From: Sphingomonas sp. 67-36
GTDB taxonomy: Bacteria > Pseudomonadota > Alphaproteobacteria > Sphingomonadales > Sphingomonadaceae
Length of the DNA: 64,000 nt
Direction: 5' to 3'
NCBI RefSeq assembly: GCF_001897375.1
Contig: NZ_MKSU01000002.1
Span: 29,040 to 93,039, forward strand
Position 1 is the stretch's first letter, and every line of letters starts with the position of its first letter. The notes below the pieces were generated by a model. That model worked only from the letters and a program-made list of their open reading frames with translations, was not told where the DNA came from and did no database searches. Made by a program: the position numbers and the translations under genes. This document shows positions 48,550 through 57,776 of this stretch, piece after piece.

Positions 48550-49859
48550 CGCGAGGGTTCGACCGGCGCTTCACGCTGCTGTTCCTCGTCATGCTGACGA
48601 TCGCGGCGGGCAACACCGCGCTGCAATCCGTGCTGCCCGCGCTGGGGCGCTCGCTGGGGGTGATGGATAGCGCGGTGGCGGCGGCCTTCTCGGTTTCCGC
48701 GCTGCTGTGGGTGATCGCCGCACCCTTCTGGGCCAATCGATCCGACCGGCAGGGGCGGCGCGCGATGGTGCTGCTGGGCGTCGGCGGCTTCACCGTCAGC
48801 CTCGGCCTTTGCGGCCTGTTCCTCGCCGCCGGCATCAACGGCTGGATCAGCGGCACCGCCGCCTTCGGCCTGTTCATCCTCGGGCGCCTGATCTACGGCA
48901 CGTTCGGCTCGGCCGCGCCGCCGGCGGTGCAGGCGATGGTCGCCGGCAACACCACGCGGGAGGAGCGTACCCGCGCGCTGACCCTCCTCGCCTCCGCCTT
49001 CGGCCTCGGGACGATCCTCGGCCCGGCGATCGCGCCCTATCTGATCCTTGGCACGTTCGGCGCGTTCGAGATCGGGCTGGCCGGCCCGGCGTTTATCTTC
49101 GCGGCGTTCGGGCTGGCGATGTTCCTGACCGTCAGGCGAATGCTGGCGGACGACCGCGATGTCGAAGGCGAGGTTTACGGCGCGATGAGCGCCTATCCCT
49201 CGATCGGCGGCCAGCCGACCGGCGCCAGCGTGCGCGCCGCGACCGAGCCGCACGGGGCGGAGGTGAAGTTCACCGACCGGCGCATCCGCGGCTGGATGAT
49301 CGTCGGCCTCGTCGCCGGCCATGCGCAGGCGATGACCAGCCAGGTGGTCGGCTTCCTCGTCATCGATCGGCTGCACCTTGCCCCCGCCGCCGCGCTGGAG
49401 CCGACCGGCATCGTGCTGATGATGGGGGCGGGGGCCTCGCTGCTGGCGCAATGGGGGCTGATCCCGCTGCTCAACCTCACGCCGCGCGCGCTGGTGCTGT
49501 GGGGGCTGCTGCTCGCGGCGGCGGGCGCCGCGCTGACCGGCACGGCGACCTCGCTCTACGGCATCGCCACCGCTTATGCGCTGGCGAGCCTCGGCTTCGG
49601 TTTCATCCGGCCCGGCTACACGGCGGGGTCGAGCCTCGCCGTGGGATATGAATCGCAGGGGTCGGTCGCCGGCAAGGTGACGAGCATCAATGGCGCGAGC
49701 TTCATCCTCGGCCCGTCGATCGGCGTCGGGCTGTACGAACTGCATCGCCCGCTGCCCTATCTCTCCGCCGGCCTCGCCTGCCTGCTGCTGTTCGCTTATT
49801 GCTGGAAGCAGTTGCGCGATCAGCCGGCCGAGGCGCCGCACGACGGGCTGGCCGGCTGA
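48546..49859 (+). CDS. MFS transporter
   Basis: About 12 hydrophobic segments; WANRSDRQGRR loop 2-3 motif. Confidence 0.85.
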   Translation: MTRGFDRRFTLLFLVMLTIAAGNTALQSVLPALGRSLGVMDSAVAAAFSVSALLWVIAAPFWANRSDRQGRRAMVLLGVGGFTVSLGLCGLFLAAGINGWISGTAAFGLFILGRLIYGTFGSAAPPAVQAMVAGNTTREERTRALTLLASAFGLGTILGPAIAPYLILGTFGAFEIGLAGPAFIFAAFGLAMFLTVRRMLADDRDVEGEVYGAMSAYPSIGGQPTGASVRAATEPHGAEVKFTDRRIRGWMIVGLVAGHAQAMTSQVVGFLVIDRLHLAPAAALEPTGIVLMMGAGASLLAQWGLIPLLNLTPRALVLWGLLLAAAGAALTGTATSLYGIATAYALASLGFGFIRPGYTAGSSLAVGYESQGSVAGKVTSINGASFILGPSIGVGLYELHRPLPYLSAGLACLLLFAYCWKQLRDQPAEAPHDGLAG

Positions 49860-49866
49860 TCGGAGG

Positions 49867-52146
49867 TCAGCGTTGCCGGGTTGACTGGCCCGGCATGGCG
49901 AAGCCGATCGACTGCGGCGCGTTGGCCTCCTGCTTCAGCCGGGCGGCGATCTGGGCATATTCCTGCTCCAGCTCCGGCGTCACGCTGGCGCGCGATTCCT
50001 TCAGCGCGGCGCGGAAATGCGCCATCGTCACCTGCTTCGTCTCCAGCGATTCGCGCAGCGCGACCAGGCCGGCGCGGCGCACCACGTCCTCCAGATCGGC
50101 CCCGGTGAAGCGATCCGTCTCCGCCGCGATCGCGTCGAGATCGACATCGGGCGCGAGCGGCATCTTCTGCGTCTGGATCGCCAGGATGCGCCGCCGCCCC
50201 GCCTGATCGGGCACGCCGACATAGATCAATTCGTCGAACCGCCCCGGCCTGAGCAGCGCCGGATCGATCAGGTTGGGCCGGTTGGTTGCGCCGATCACCA
50301 CCACGGATTGCAATTCCTCCAGCCCGTCCATCTCGGCAAGGATGGTGTTGACCACCCGCTCGGTCACCTGCGGCTCGCCCAGCCCGCCGCCGCGCGCGGG
50401 GACGAGGCTGTCCAGCTCGTCGATGAAGATCACCGTCGGCGCCACCTGACGCGCGCGCTGGAACAGGCGGGCGATCTGCTGCTCGCTCTCGCCATACCAT
50501 TTGCTCAGCAGGTCGGACGACTTGGTGGCGATGAAATTCGCCTCCGCCTCGCGCGCGACGGCCTTGGCAAGCAGGGTCTTGCCGGTGCCCGGCGGGCCAT
50601 AGAGCAGGAAGCCCTTGGCCGGGCGGATGCCGAGCCGGCGGAAGGCGTTAGGGTCCTTGAGCGGCAGCTCCACCCCTTCCTTCAGCCGCATCTGCGCGTC
50701 GTCCAGCCCGCCCACGTCGGTCCAGCGGACGGTGGGGGCCTGCACCATCACCTCGCGCATCGCCGACGGCTGGACGCGCTTTAGCGCCTCCATAAAGTCG
50801 TTGCGCGTCACCGCCAGCGTGTCGAGCACCTCGGCGGGGATGGTGCGCTCCTCGAGGTTGAGCTTCGGCATGATGCGGCGCACCGCCTCGATCGCCGCCT
50901 CGCGGGTGAGCGCGGCGATGTCCGCGCCGACGAAGCCGAAGGTGGTGCGCGCCAGCTCGTCGAGGCTGACGTTATGCTCCAGCGGCATACCGCGCGTGTG
51001 GATGCCGAGGATCTCGCGCCGCCCGCGCTCGTCCGGCACGCCGACGACGATCTCGCGATCGAAGCGGCCGGGGCGGCGCAGCGCCTCGTCGATCGCCTCC
51101 GGCCGGTTGGTGGCGGCGATCACGACGAGGTTGGCGCGCGCCTCCAGCCCGTCCATCAGCGTCAGGAGCTGGGCGACGACGCGCTTCTCCGCCTCGCCGG
51201 AAACCTGCCCGCGCTTCGGCGCGATCGAATCGATCTCGTCGATGAACACGATCGAGGGGGCGTTCTTCGCCGCCTCCTCGAACACGCTCCTCAGCCGCTG
51301 CTCGCTCTCGCCATAGGCCGAGCCCATGATCTCCGGGCCGTTGATGAGGAAGAATTGCGCGTCGCTCTCGTTCGCCACGGCGCGGGCGAGCCGCGTCTTG
51401 CCGGTGCCGGGCGGGCCATGGAGCAGCACGCCCTTGGGCGGCTCGACGCCCAGCCGCTCGAACAATTCGGGATAGCGCAGCGGCAGCTCGACCATCTCGC
51501 GGAGCTGGTCGATCGTGGCGGCCATGCCGCCGATATCGTCATAGGTGACATCGGCGCGCCGCGCGTCGCCCGGCTCCTGATATTCGGGGCGCAGCTCCAC
51601 TTCGGTATTCTCGTCGATATGGACGATGCCCTTGGGCGCGGCCGATACCACGACGAGGCGGATCTCCTGCAACGCATAGGCCGGGGCGTTGACGAACTGC
51701 GCCATGTTCGGCGGCATGTTCTGCACGCGCTGGTGGCCGGCGGTCGCGACGATATCGCCCTGGCACAGCGGACGGTTGAAGAAGGTGCGCTTCAGTGCGT
51801 GGGTCGATCCCTGCAGGCGCAGATTCTGCTGCGCCGGCGCGAAGACGACACGGGTCGCCGGCTTCGATTCGGCGCGATGCACCTCGACATAGTCGCCCGC
51901 GCCGACGCCGGCATTGGCGCGTTGCAGACCGTCGATGCGAATGATCTCCAGCCCCTCGTCGTCGCCATAGGGGCCGACCGCGCGGGCGGGCGTGGATTTC
52001 TTGCCGACGATCTCGATGACGTCGCCCTCGGCGATGCCCGCCGCCGTCATGAAGGCGCGCGGGAGATGAGCGATGCCGTGCCCGGAATCCTCCGGCCGCG
52101 CGTTCGCCACCTGCAGCTTGCGTGTCGCCTCGCCACCGTCCGCCAC
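49867..52146 (-). CDS. Cdc48/p97-like double-ring AAA+ ATPase
   Basis: Two Walker A motifs (GPPGTGKT twice), two Walker B motifs ([16 protein letters not shown]), and an N-domain [16 protein letters not shown]. Likely GTG start at 52146 after GGAG; the ORF track extends to 52230. Confidence 0.85.
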   Translation of the reverse strand: MADGGEATRKLQVANARPEDSGHGIAHLPRAFMTAAGIAEGDVIEIVGKKSTPARAVGPYGDDEGLEIIRIDGLQRANAGVGAGDYVEVHRAESKPATRVVFAPAQQNLRLQGSTHALKRTFFNRPLCQGDIVATAGHQRVQNMPPNMAQFVNAPAYALQEIRLVVVSAAPKGIVHIDENTEVELRPEYQEPGDARRADVTYDDIGGMAATIDQLREMVELPLRYPELFERLGVEPPKGVLLHGPPGTGKTRLARAVANESDAQFFLINGPEIMGSAYGESEQRLRSVFEEAAKNAPSIVFIDEIDSIAPKRGQVSGEAEKRVVAQLLTLMDGLEARANLVVIAATNRPEAIDEALRRPGRFDREIVVGVPDERGRREILGIHTRGMPLEHNVSLDELARTTFGFVGADIAALTREAAIEAVRRIMPKLNLEERTIPAEVLDTLAVTRNDFMEALKRVQPSAMREVMVQAPTVRWTDVGGLDDAQMRLKEGVELPLKDPNAFRRLGIRPAKGFLLYGPPGTGKTLLAKAVAREAEANFIATKSSDLLSKWYGESEQQIARLFQRARQVAPTVIFIDELDSLVPARGGGLGEPQVTERVVNTILAEMDGLEELQSVVVIGATNRPNLIDPALLRPGRFDELIYVGVPDQAGRRRILAIQTQKMPLAPDVDLDAIAAETDRFTGADLEDVVRRAGLVALRESLETKQVTMAHFRAALKESRASVTPELEQEYAQIAARLKQEANAPQSIGFAMPGQSTRQR

Positions 52147-52230
52147 TATCCGATCTCCAAACAGCCTCGCTGTGGAAGATAGAAACGATCGGTGCCGGTT
52201 TCGAGATGCCGCGCGCATGGGCGCAGGCAT

Positions 52231-52260
52231 AAAAAAAGGGCCGATCGCGAGGACCGGCCC
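52231..52260 (-). terminator. orphan rho-independent terminator oriented on the minus strand
   Basis: On the minus strand GGGCCGGTC-loop-GATCGGCCC is followed by TTTTTTT. No minus-strand CDS lies upstream of it. Confidence 0.5.
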
Positions 52261-52347
52261 ATGAAAGTTTATAGGAGAGGATGCCTGAAAGGCCCGCCCT
52301 ATGTGCGGCGCGGCAGGTTATTGTGCAAGTGCGAAGAAAGTTAGCAT

Positions 52348-52366
52348 GATTGCATTTTTTGCAATC
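52348..52366. promoter_or_regulatory. LysR-type box (inverted repeat GATTGCA-N5-TGCAATC)
   Basis: Palindrome about 75 nt upstream of the LysR-family gene, in the divergent intergenic region. Confidence 0.4.
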
Positions 52367-52439
52367 GCTAAGTTCTGACGCTTGCGTTGCCCCGCGCCGC
52401 GAGTGCATGATGCGATGCACAAGAAAAGAGCGGGATTCC

Positions 52440-53333
52440 ATGCGTCGGCTGCCACCCCTGACCGCGATCGAGGCGTTCGTTGCCGTCGCCCGGCTCGGCT
52501 CGGTGAAGGCGGGCGCGCAGGAGCTGGCGCTGTCGCCGCCCGCGCTGAGCCGGCGCGTGCAGACGCTCGAACGCTTCATCGGCCGGCCGCTGTTCGATCG
52601 CCGCCATCAGGCGATGGTGCCCAATGCGGATGGCGAGCGGCTGCTGGCGCAGATCGCGCCGGTGCTCGATCAATTGTCCGATGCGCTCGCCGGACTTACC
52701 AGCGCGGCGGAGGTGGTGCGGCTGCGGCTCGGCGTGATGCCGCTGTTCGCCTCGCAGCGGCTGTTCCCGCGGCTCGGCGGGCTGCGCGCCGCCCATCCGG
52801 AACTGCATCTCGACATCGATACCGCCGGCCATGCGATGACCCGGCTGGGTGAGGGGCTGGACGCGGTGATCGCGTTGGCGCGAGAGGTCGATCCGACGCT
52901 TTATGCCCGCCGGCTCGATCGCAACATGGTCTATGCGATCGGCGCGCGGGCGCTGGTCGAAGGGCCGAACCCGATCACGCGGCCCGAGCAGCTTGCCGAC
53001 CTTTCGGTGCTGATCCACCGCGACATGCCCGACACCTATTCCACCTGGCGCCACGCCGCCGGGCTGCCGGAGATCGAGCCGGTGGCGATCGACCATTTCG
53101 ATTCGGGCGGGCTGATGCTGGAGGCGGCGGCGCAGGGACTGGGCGTCGCCTTCATGCTCGAAAGCCATTTCGAGGATGCGCACGATCCGCGTCTCGTCCG
53201 GCTGTTCGCCGATATCGAGGTGGAAAGCCCTTACAGCTACTGGTTCGTCTGCCGCCCGCGCGCGTTGCAGCAGAAGCCGGTGAAGATCTTCCGCGACTGG
53301 CTGCTCGCCAATCTCCGGCAGGAAGGGGTGTAG
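52440..53333 (+). CDS. LysR-family transcriptional regulator (GcvA-like)
   Basis: LPPLTAIEAFVAVARLGSVKAGAQELALSPPALSRRVQTLE. Confidence 0.9.
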   Translation: MRRLPPLTAIEAFVAVARLGSVKAGAQELALSPPALSRRVQTLERFIGRPLFDRRHQAMVPNADGERLLAQIAPVLDQLSDALAGLTSAAEVVRLRLGVMPLFASQRLFPRLGGLRAAHPELHLDIDTAGHAMTRLGEGLDAVIALAREVDPTLYARRLDRNMVYAIGARALVEGPNPITRPEQLADLSVLIHRDMPDTYSTWRHAAGLPEIEPVAIDHFDSGGLMLEAAAQGLGVAFMLESHFEDAHDPRLVRLFADIEVESPYSYWFVCRPRALQQKPVKIFRDWLLANLRQEGV

Positions 53334-53532
53334 AGCGCAGGCGGCCCGCGGACAGCCATGCTATCCGCGAGACCGCCAAGCCCGGCCGACGGGTCGCGTC
53401 AGCGAACCCGTCCGGCGACGCGGCTTCACCGCGGCGCGATCGTGGCGCGCGATGGGAAGGAACCCAATCGAATCGACCGCCGCCCGGTGGACCCCGGCAC
53501 AAGGCCGGGGTGGCGGCCGTTCGGAGAAGACC

Positions 53533-53988
53533 TTATTCCGCGCGCATCTTCTCGATCTTGCCCGGCTCGCGCGGCGGCTCGCCCTTGGGGAGCGCGTCGA
53601 TATGCTCCATGCCGGACGTCACCTCGCCCCACACGGTATATTGGCCGTCGAGGAAGCGGGCGTCGTCGAAGCAGATGAAGAACTGCGAATTGGCGCTGTC
53701 CGGGTTCATCGTCCGCGCCATCGAGCAGACGCCGCGCACATGCGGCTCGCGGCTGAACTCCTGCTTCAGGTCCGGCAGGTCCGAACCGTGCATCCCGGTG
53801 CCGGTGGGATCGCCGCCCTGCGCCATGAAGCCGGGGATGACGCGGTGGAACACCACGCCGTCGTAGAAGCCCTGATTGGCCAGCGTCGCGATGCGCTCGA
53901 CGTGATTCGGCGCGAGATCGGGGCGCAGCTTGATCGTCACGTCGCCGTCGGCGAGCGTCATGGTCAGCGTCTGGAAGGTATCGGCCAT
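53533..53988 (-). CDS. cyclophilin-type peptidyl-prolyl cis-trans isomerase
   Basis: GFYDGVVFHRVIPGFMAQGGDPTGTG ... SQFFICF ... LDGQYTVWG. Start at MADTFQT. Confidence 0.9.
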   Translation of the reverse strand: MADTFQTLTMTLADGDVTIKLRPDLAPNHVERIATLANQGFYDGVVFHRVIPGFMAQGGDPTGTGMHGSDLPDLKQEFSREPHVRGVCSMARTMNPDSANSQFFICFDDARFLDGQYTVWGEVTSGMEHIDALPKGEPPREPGKIEKMRAE

Positions 53989-54116
53989 CGTCGGCTCCTG
54001 ATTCCGGGGAAGCCGGCGCCCTACCGCCGGCGCGGCCGCATGGCAAATCGCGGCTTGTCGATCCACCGTCGTGCCCATATCAGCAGGCACGCGCGATACT
54101 GGAAGGAGGCGAAGCG

Positions 54117-55514
54117 ATGAGCGACACCGAACTTCAGGTCGTGGACGACGAAAGCCAGCTCGACGCGGACGACCGGCTGAAGCCCGAATTCGTCGATGCG
54201 GTGCTCGCCGCCGTCGAGGCCGGCGACGACGAGGCGGCGCGCGCGTTGGTCGAGCCGCTCCATGCCGCCGATATCGCCGATTTGTTCGAGCTGGTGGCGG
54301 AGGACCGCCGCGCCGCGCTGGCGAAGGCGCTCGCCGACCTGCTCGATGCCGATGTGTTCGCCGAGATGAACGATTACGTCCGCGAGGACGTGATCGACAC
54401 GCTCGACGCGCGGCAGGTGGCGGACATCGCCTCCGAGCTCGACACCGACGACGCCGTCGCGATCATCGAGGACCTCGACGTCGAGGACCAGCGCGAGGTG
54501 CTCCGGGCGATGGAGCCGGACGATCGCGCCGCGATCGAGGAGGCGCTGAGCTACCCGGAGGAATCCGCCGGCCGCCTGATGCAGCGCGAGCTGATCGCGG
54601 TGCCGGAGCATTGGACGATCGGCGATACGATCGATTTCCTGCGCGGGCATGAGGAGCTGACCACCGACTTCTGGGAAGTGTTCGTGGTCGATCCCTCGCA
54701 TCGTCCGGTCGGCACCGTGGCGCTGTCGTGGATATTACGCACGCCGCGCGCGATCCCGATCGCCGACGTGATGCAGCGCGAGCAGACGCTGATCCCGGTC
54801 GACATGGACCAGGAGGAAGTGGCGCTGCGCTTCCAGAAATATGCGCTGATCTCGGCGGCCGTGGTCGATGGCAGCGGGCGGCTGGTCGGCATGATCACCG
54901 TCGATGACGTGGTCCATATCATCCAGGAGGAAGCTGGCGAGGACACGCTGAAGCTCGCCGGCGCGGGCGACGGCGACATCAACGAGCCGCTCGCCGTCAC
55001 CGTGCGCACCCGCGTCGCGTGGCTGGTGGTCAATCTCGGCGCGACGATGCTGTCCGCCTCGGTGGTCGGGCTGTTCCAGGGCGAGATCGCGCGCTTCGCG
55101 CTGCTCGCCGCGCTGATGCCGATCGTCTCCGCGCTGGGTGGCAATGCCGGCACGCAGACGCTGGCGGTGGTGGTGCGCGCGCTCGCCACCAACCAGCTCA
55201 CCAGCTCGAACACCTTGCGCATGTTGCTGCGCGAGTTCCGTGTGGCGATCTTCAACGGCATCGCGCTGGGGGCGATCGGGGCATTGGGGAGCTATGTCAT
55301 CCTCGGCAACGCCGGCCTGTCGGTGGTGTTCGCGGTGGCGATGATCATCAACAGCATCGTCGCCGGGCTGGTCGGCGTGATGGTGCCGGTGGCGCTGGAC
55401 AAGGCGAACGTCGATCCGGCGGTGTCTTCCGCCGTGTTCGTCACGACGATGACCGACGTGATGGGATTCTTCTCCTTCTTGGGCCTCGCCGCCTTGTGGG
55501 GGCTGGGCGGCTGA
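54117..55514 (+). CDS. mgtE: magnesium transporter MgtE
   Basis: N-domain, tandem CBS domains, then the TM domain with the GGNAGTQ motif. Confidence 0.9.
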   Translation: MSDTELQVVDDESQLDADDRLKPEFVDAVLAAVEAGDDEAARALVEPLHAADIADLFELVAEDRRAALAKALADLLDADVFAEMNDYVREDVIDTLDARQVADIASELDTDDAVAIIEDLDVEDQREVLRAMEPDDRAAIEEALSYPEESAGRLMQRELIAVPEHWTIGDTIDFLRGHEELTTDFWEVFVVDPSHRPVGTVALSWILRTPRAIPIADVMQREQTLIPVDMDQEEVALRFQKYALISAAVVDGSGRLVGMITVDDVVHIIQEEAGEDTLKLAGAGDGDINEPLAVTVRTRVAWLVVNLGATMLSASVVGLFQGEIARFALLAALMPIVSALGGNAGTQTLAVVVRALATNQLTSSNTLRMLLREFRVAIFNGIALGAIGALGSYVILGNAGLSVVFAVAMIINSIVAGLVGVMVPVALDKANVDPAVSSAVFVTTMTDVMGFFSFLGLAALWGLGG

Positions 55515-55528
55515 CCCACATCCCTCCC

Positions 55529-55930
55529 ATGCTGCATCTCACCAAGGTCGCGTTCGGGGCAAGCGGGGTGGACGATCTGGCCGAGCGGCTGCGCTGGCGT
55601 GGCGAGCAGGGGCCGGTGTTCCTCACCACGCGCTATCTGCCGAAGCGGCACGAGGAGATCGCGGGGCGCGGCTCGCTGTTCTGGATCATCAAGCACGCCC
55701 TGGTCGCACGTTCACCGATCCTGAAGTTCGGCGAGGCGGAAGGCGGGCGCGTCGCGATCCATATCGATCCGGTGCTGCGCCTCGTCCATCCCCGGCCGAA
55801 GCGCGCGCATCAGGGCTGGCGCTATCTCGAGGCGGCGGACGCGCCGCTCGACCTCTCCGACGGGGAGGGCGGCGGCGAGGTGCTGCCGGCGTCGTTGGCC
55901 GGCAAGCTGGGCGAGCTGGGCCTCATCTGA
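55529..55930 (+). CDS. DUF1489-family protein
   Basis: MLHLTKVAFGASGVDDL...RGSLFWIIKH...HQGWRYLE. Confidence 0.65.
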   Translation: MLHLTKVAFGASGVDDLAERLRWRGEQGPVFLTTRYLPKRHEEIAGRGSLFWIIKHALVARSPILKFGEAEGGRVAIHIDPVLRLVHPRPKRAHQGWRYLEAADAPLDLSDGEGGGEVLPASLAGKLGELGLI

Positions 55931-56811
55931 CGCGCCGCCCAGGCGGCTTTCAGGCTCTCGCTGGTGTCGCGGCTGTTGTCGTGGCTCCAGCCGGGCGGGC
56001 GCCAGATATAGCCGGACTTGGCGCGCCACGGCGCGGCTCGCACGTCGCGCGCGATGCCGATCCATTCATGGAACGCCGCCCAGATCAGGTTGAACGAGCC
56101 GAGCTGGTGGACGATGCCGTAGCGTGGGCGCTCCTCGTCAAGCTCCGGCTCGAACGTGCCGAACATCCGGTCCCACACGATGAACACGCCGGCATAATTG
56201 CGGTCGAGATAGCGCGGGTTGGTCGCATGGTGGACGCGGTGGTGCGACGGCGTGTTCATCACCGCCTCGAACCAGCGCGGCATCCGCCCGATCACCTCGG
56301 TATGGATCCAGAATTGATAGACGAGGTTCACCCCCGCGACGAAGAACACCATCGCCGGCGGGAAGCCGATCAGAAATAAAGGCAGGCGGAACAGGAAGGC
56401 CATGCTGAAGAAGCCGGTCCACGTCTGCCGCAGCGCGGTGGACAGGTTGTAATGCTGCGAGCTGTGGTGGATCACATGGCTCGCCCAGAACCAGCGCACG
56501 CGATGCGCTGAGCGGTGGAAGACGTAATAGGCCAGATCATCCAGCACGAAGGCGACGGCGAACCAATACCATTGCCAGCCGATGTCGAACAGGCGGAAGC
56601 GCCACACCCACATCGCCAGCGCATAGACCGCACCGGCCGACAGCACCCCCGCGATCGTGCTGCCGAAGCCGAGCATCAGGCTGGTGAGCGTATCGCGCGG
56701 CTCGTAGCGGCTACGATCGCGGAAGCGCGCCACCACCATCTCCGCCAGCACGAGCAGGACGAAGCCGGGGACGGCGATGTTGACCGGATCGGGCAGCGCG
56801 GGCGGGGTCAC
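55822..56811 (-). CDS. fatty-acid hydroxylase / sterol-desaturase-family membrane protein
   Basis: Histidine boxes HRSAH, HVIHH, HHRVHH. The low-complexity C-terminal tail overlaps the convergent gene by 109 nt. Confidence 0.8.
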   Translation of the reverse strand: MTPPALPDPVNIAVPGFVLLVLAEMVVARFRDRSRYEPRDTLTSLMLGFGSTIAGVLSAGAVYALAMWVWRFRLFDIGWQWYWFAVAFVLDDLAYYVFHRSAHRVRWFWASHVIHHSSQHYNLSTALRQTWTGFFSMAFLFRLPLFLIGFPPAMVFFVAGVNLVYQFWIHTEVIGRMPRWFEAVMNTPSHHRVHHATNPRYLDRNYAGVFIVWDRMFGTFEPELDEERPRYGIVHQLGSFNLIWAAFHEWIGIARDVRAAPWRAKSGYIWRPPGWSHDNSRDTSESLKAAWAARQMRPSSPSLPANDAGSTSPPPSPSERSSGASAASR

Positions 56812-56821
56812 GCCCGCGAGC

Positions 56822-57217
56822 TTACACTCGTGTCAGTTGCGGCGCCAGCCTGCGCACGTCGAGCGCATCCACACCCGGCAGCGCCACCGCGCCGAAGCGC
56901 CGCTCGCCGGTTTCGACCAGCATTCCGCCGGGAGTGGCGCGCACCGCGTCCCATTCGATCACGCGCGCGGCGATGCGCGCGCCGTGCGCCTTGAGCACCA
57001 CGACGCGGCGATCCTCCCCGAACACCAGGGCGCCGCGCCCGTCCGACCCGATCACGGCGGAGACGGCGACGAAGCCGGCGATTGCCTCATCGGCGGCGCG
57101 CAGCGCATCGGCTTCCTCGACCAGGATGCGCTCCTTCCGGCCGAGCTTCAGTCCCGCCGCGATGCCGCCAAGCGCCAGCACAGCGCCGAGCGACCCGCCC
57201 AGGGTGATCCAGTTCAT
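56822..57217 (-). CDS. hypothetical membrane-anchored protein
   Basis: MNWITLGGSLGAVLALGGIAAGL TM helix followed by a soluble domain. Confidence 0.5.
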   Translation of the reverse strand: MNWITLGGSLGAVLALGGIAAGLKLGRKERILVEEADALRAADEAIAGFVAVSAVIGSDGRGALVFGEDRRVVVLKAHGARIAARVIEWDAVRATPGGMLVETGERRFGAVALPGVDALDVRRLAPQLTRV

Positions 57218-57231
57218 CGCCGCCAAGTGCG

Positions 57232-57666
57232 TCAGCCCTGCCGCGCCACCGCGTCCATCAGCGGGCGAAGATTGGCGAGGCCGTAGCCCGCGCCCTCGCC
57301 CTTCGCCGTCACCTCGTCGGCATCCGCGCCCAGTTTCGCCTGCGCCAGCGCCCACAGGTTGCACGAGCGGGTGCCGGAGCGGCAGAAGGCGAGCACCGGG
57401 CCGCCGGCTTTCTCCAGCGCATCGATCATCGCCGTCACCTGCGGCTGGGAGAAGCCGGCTTGGGTGATCGGGATCGCGGTATAGGCAAGCCCCGCATCCT
57501 CCGCCGCCGTGCGGATCGCGTCGCCGTCCGGCTGGCCGGCTTCCTCGCCGTCCGGGCGGTTGTTGACGATCGCGACGAAGCCGGCGGCCTTGATCGCGGC
57601 GATATCCTCCGGCGCGATCTGCGGCGCGACGGCGATGGTGGCGTCGATGGGGCGAATGTCGAGCAT
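57232..57666 (-). CDS. TIGR01244/DUF442-family (Cys-X5-Arg phosphatase-fold) sulfur-transferase-like protein
   Basis: VAIVNNRPDGEE...LAFCRSGTRS. Confidence 0.7.
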   Translation of the reverse strand: MLDIRPIDATIAVAPQIAPEDIAAIKAAGFVAIVNNRPDGEEAGQPDGDAIRTAAEDAGLAYTAIPITQAGFSQPQVTAMIDALEKAGGPVLAFCRSGTRSCNLWALAQAKLGADADEVTAKGEGAGYGLANLRPLMDAVARQG

Positions 57667-57776
57667 GGTCGTGGCCTTGTGTTGGTCCGCTTGCGCGGAC
57701 GCGGCACCGGCCGCCGATTCAGCGAAGCTGAAGCGGCCTTAGCGCAGCTTGTCGCGGGATTGAACCGGGTGGACGA

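Noticed and set aside
55822-55930. 109 nt convergent overlap between the DUF1489 gene and the fatty-acid-hydroxylase-family gene
   Set aside because: The hydroxylase ORF simply lacks an earlier stop, and its last ~50 aa are low-complexity (S/P/A-rich). This is most likely a harmless C-terminal read-on in GC-rich DNA rather than a functional overlap. A sequencing error cannot be excluded.
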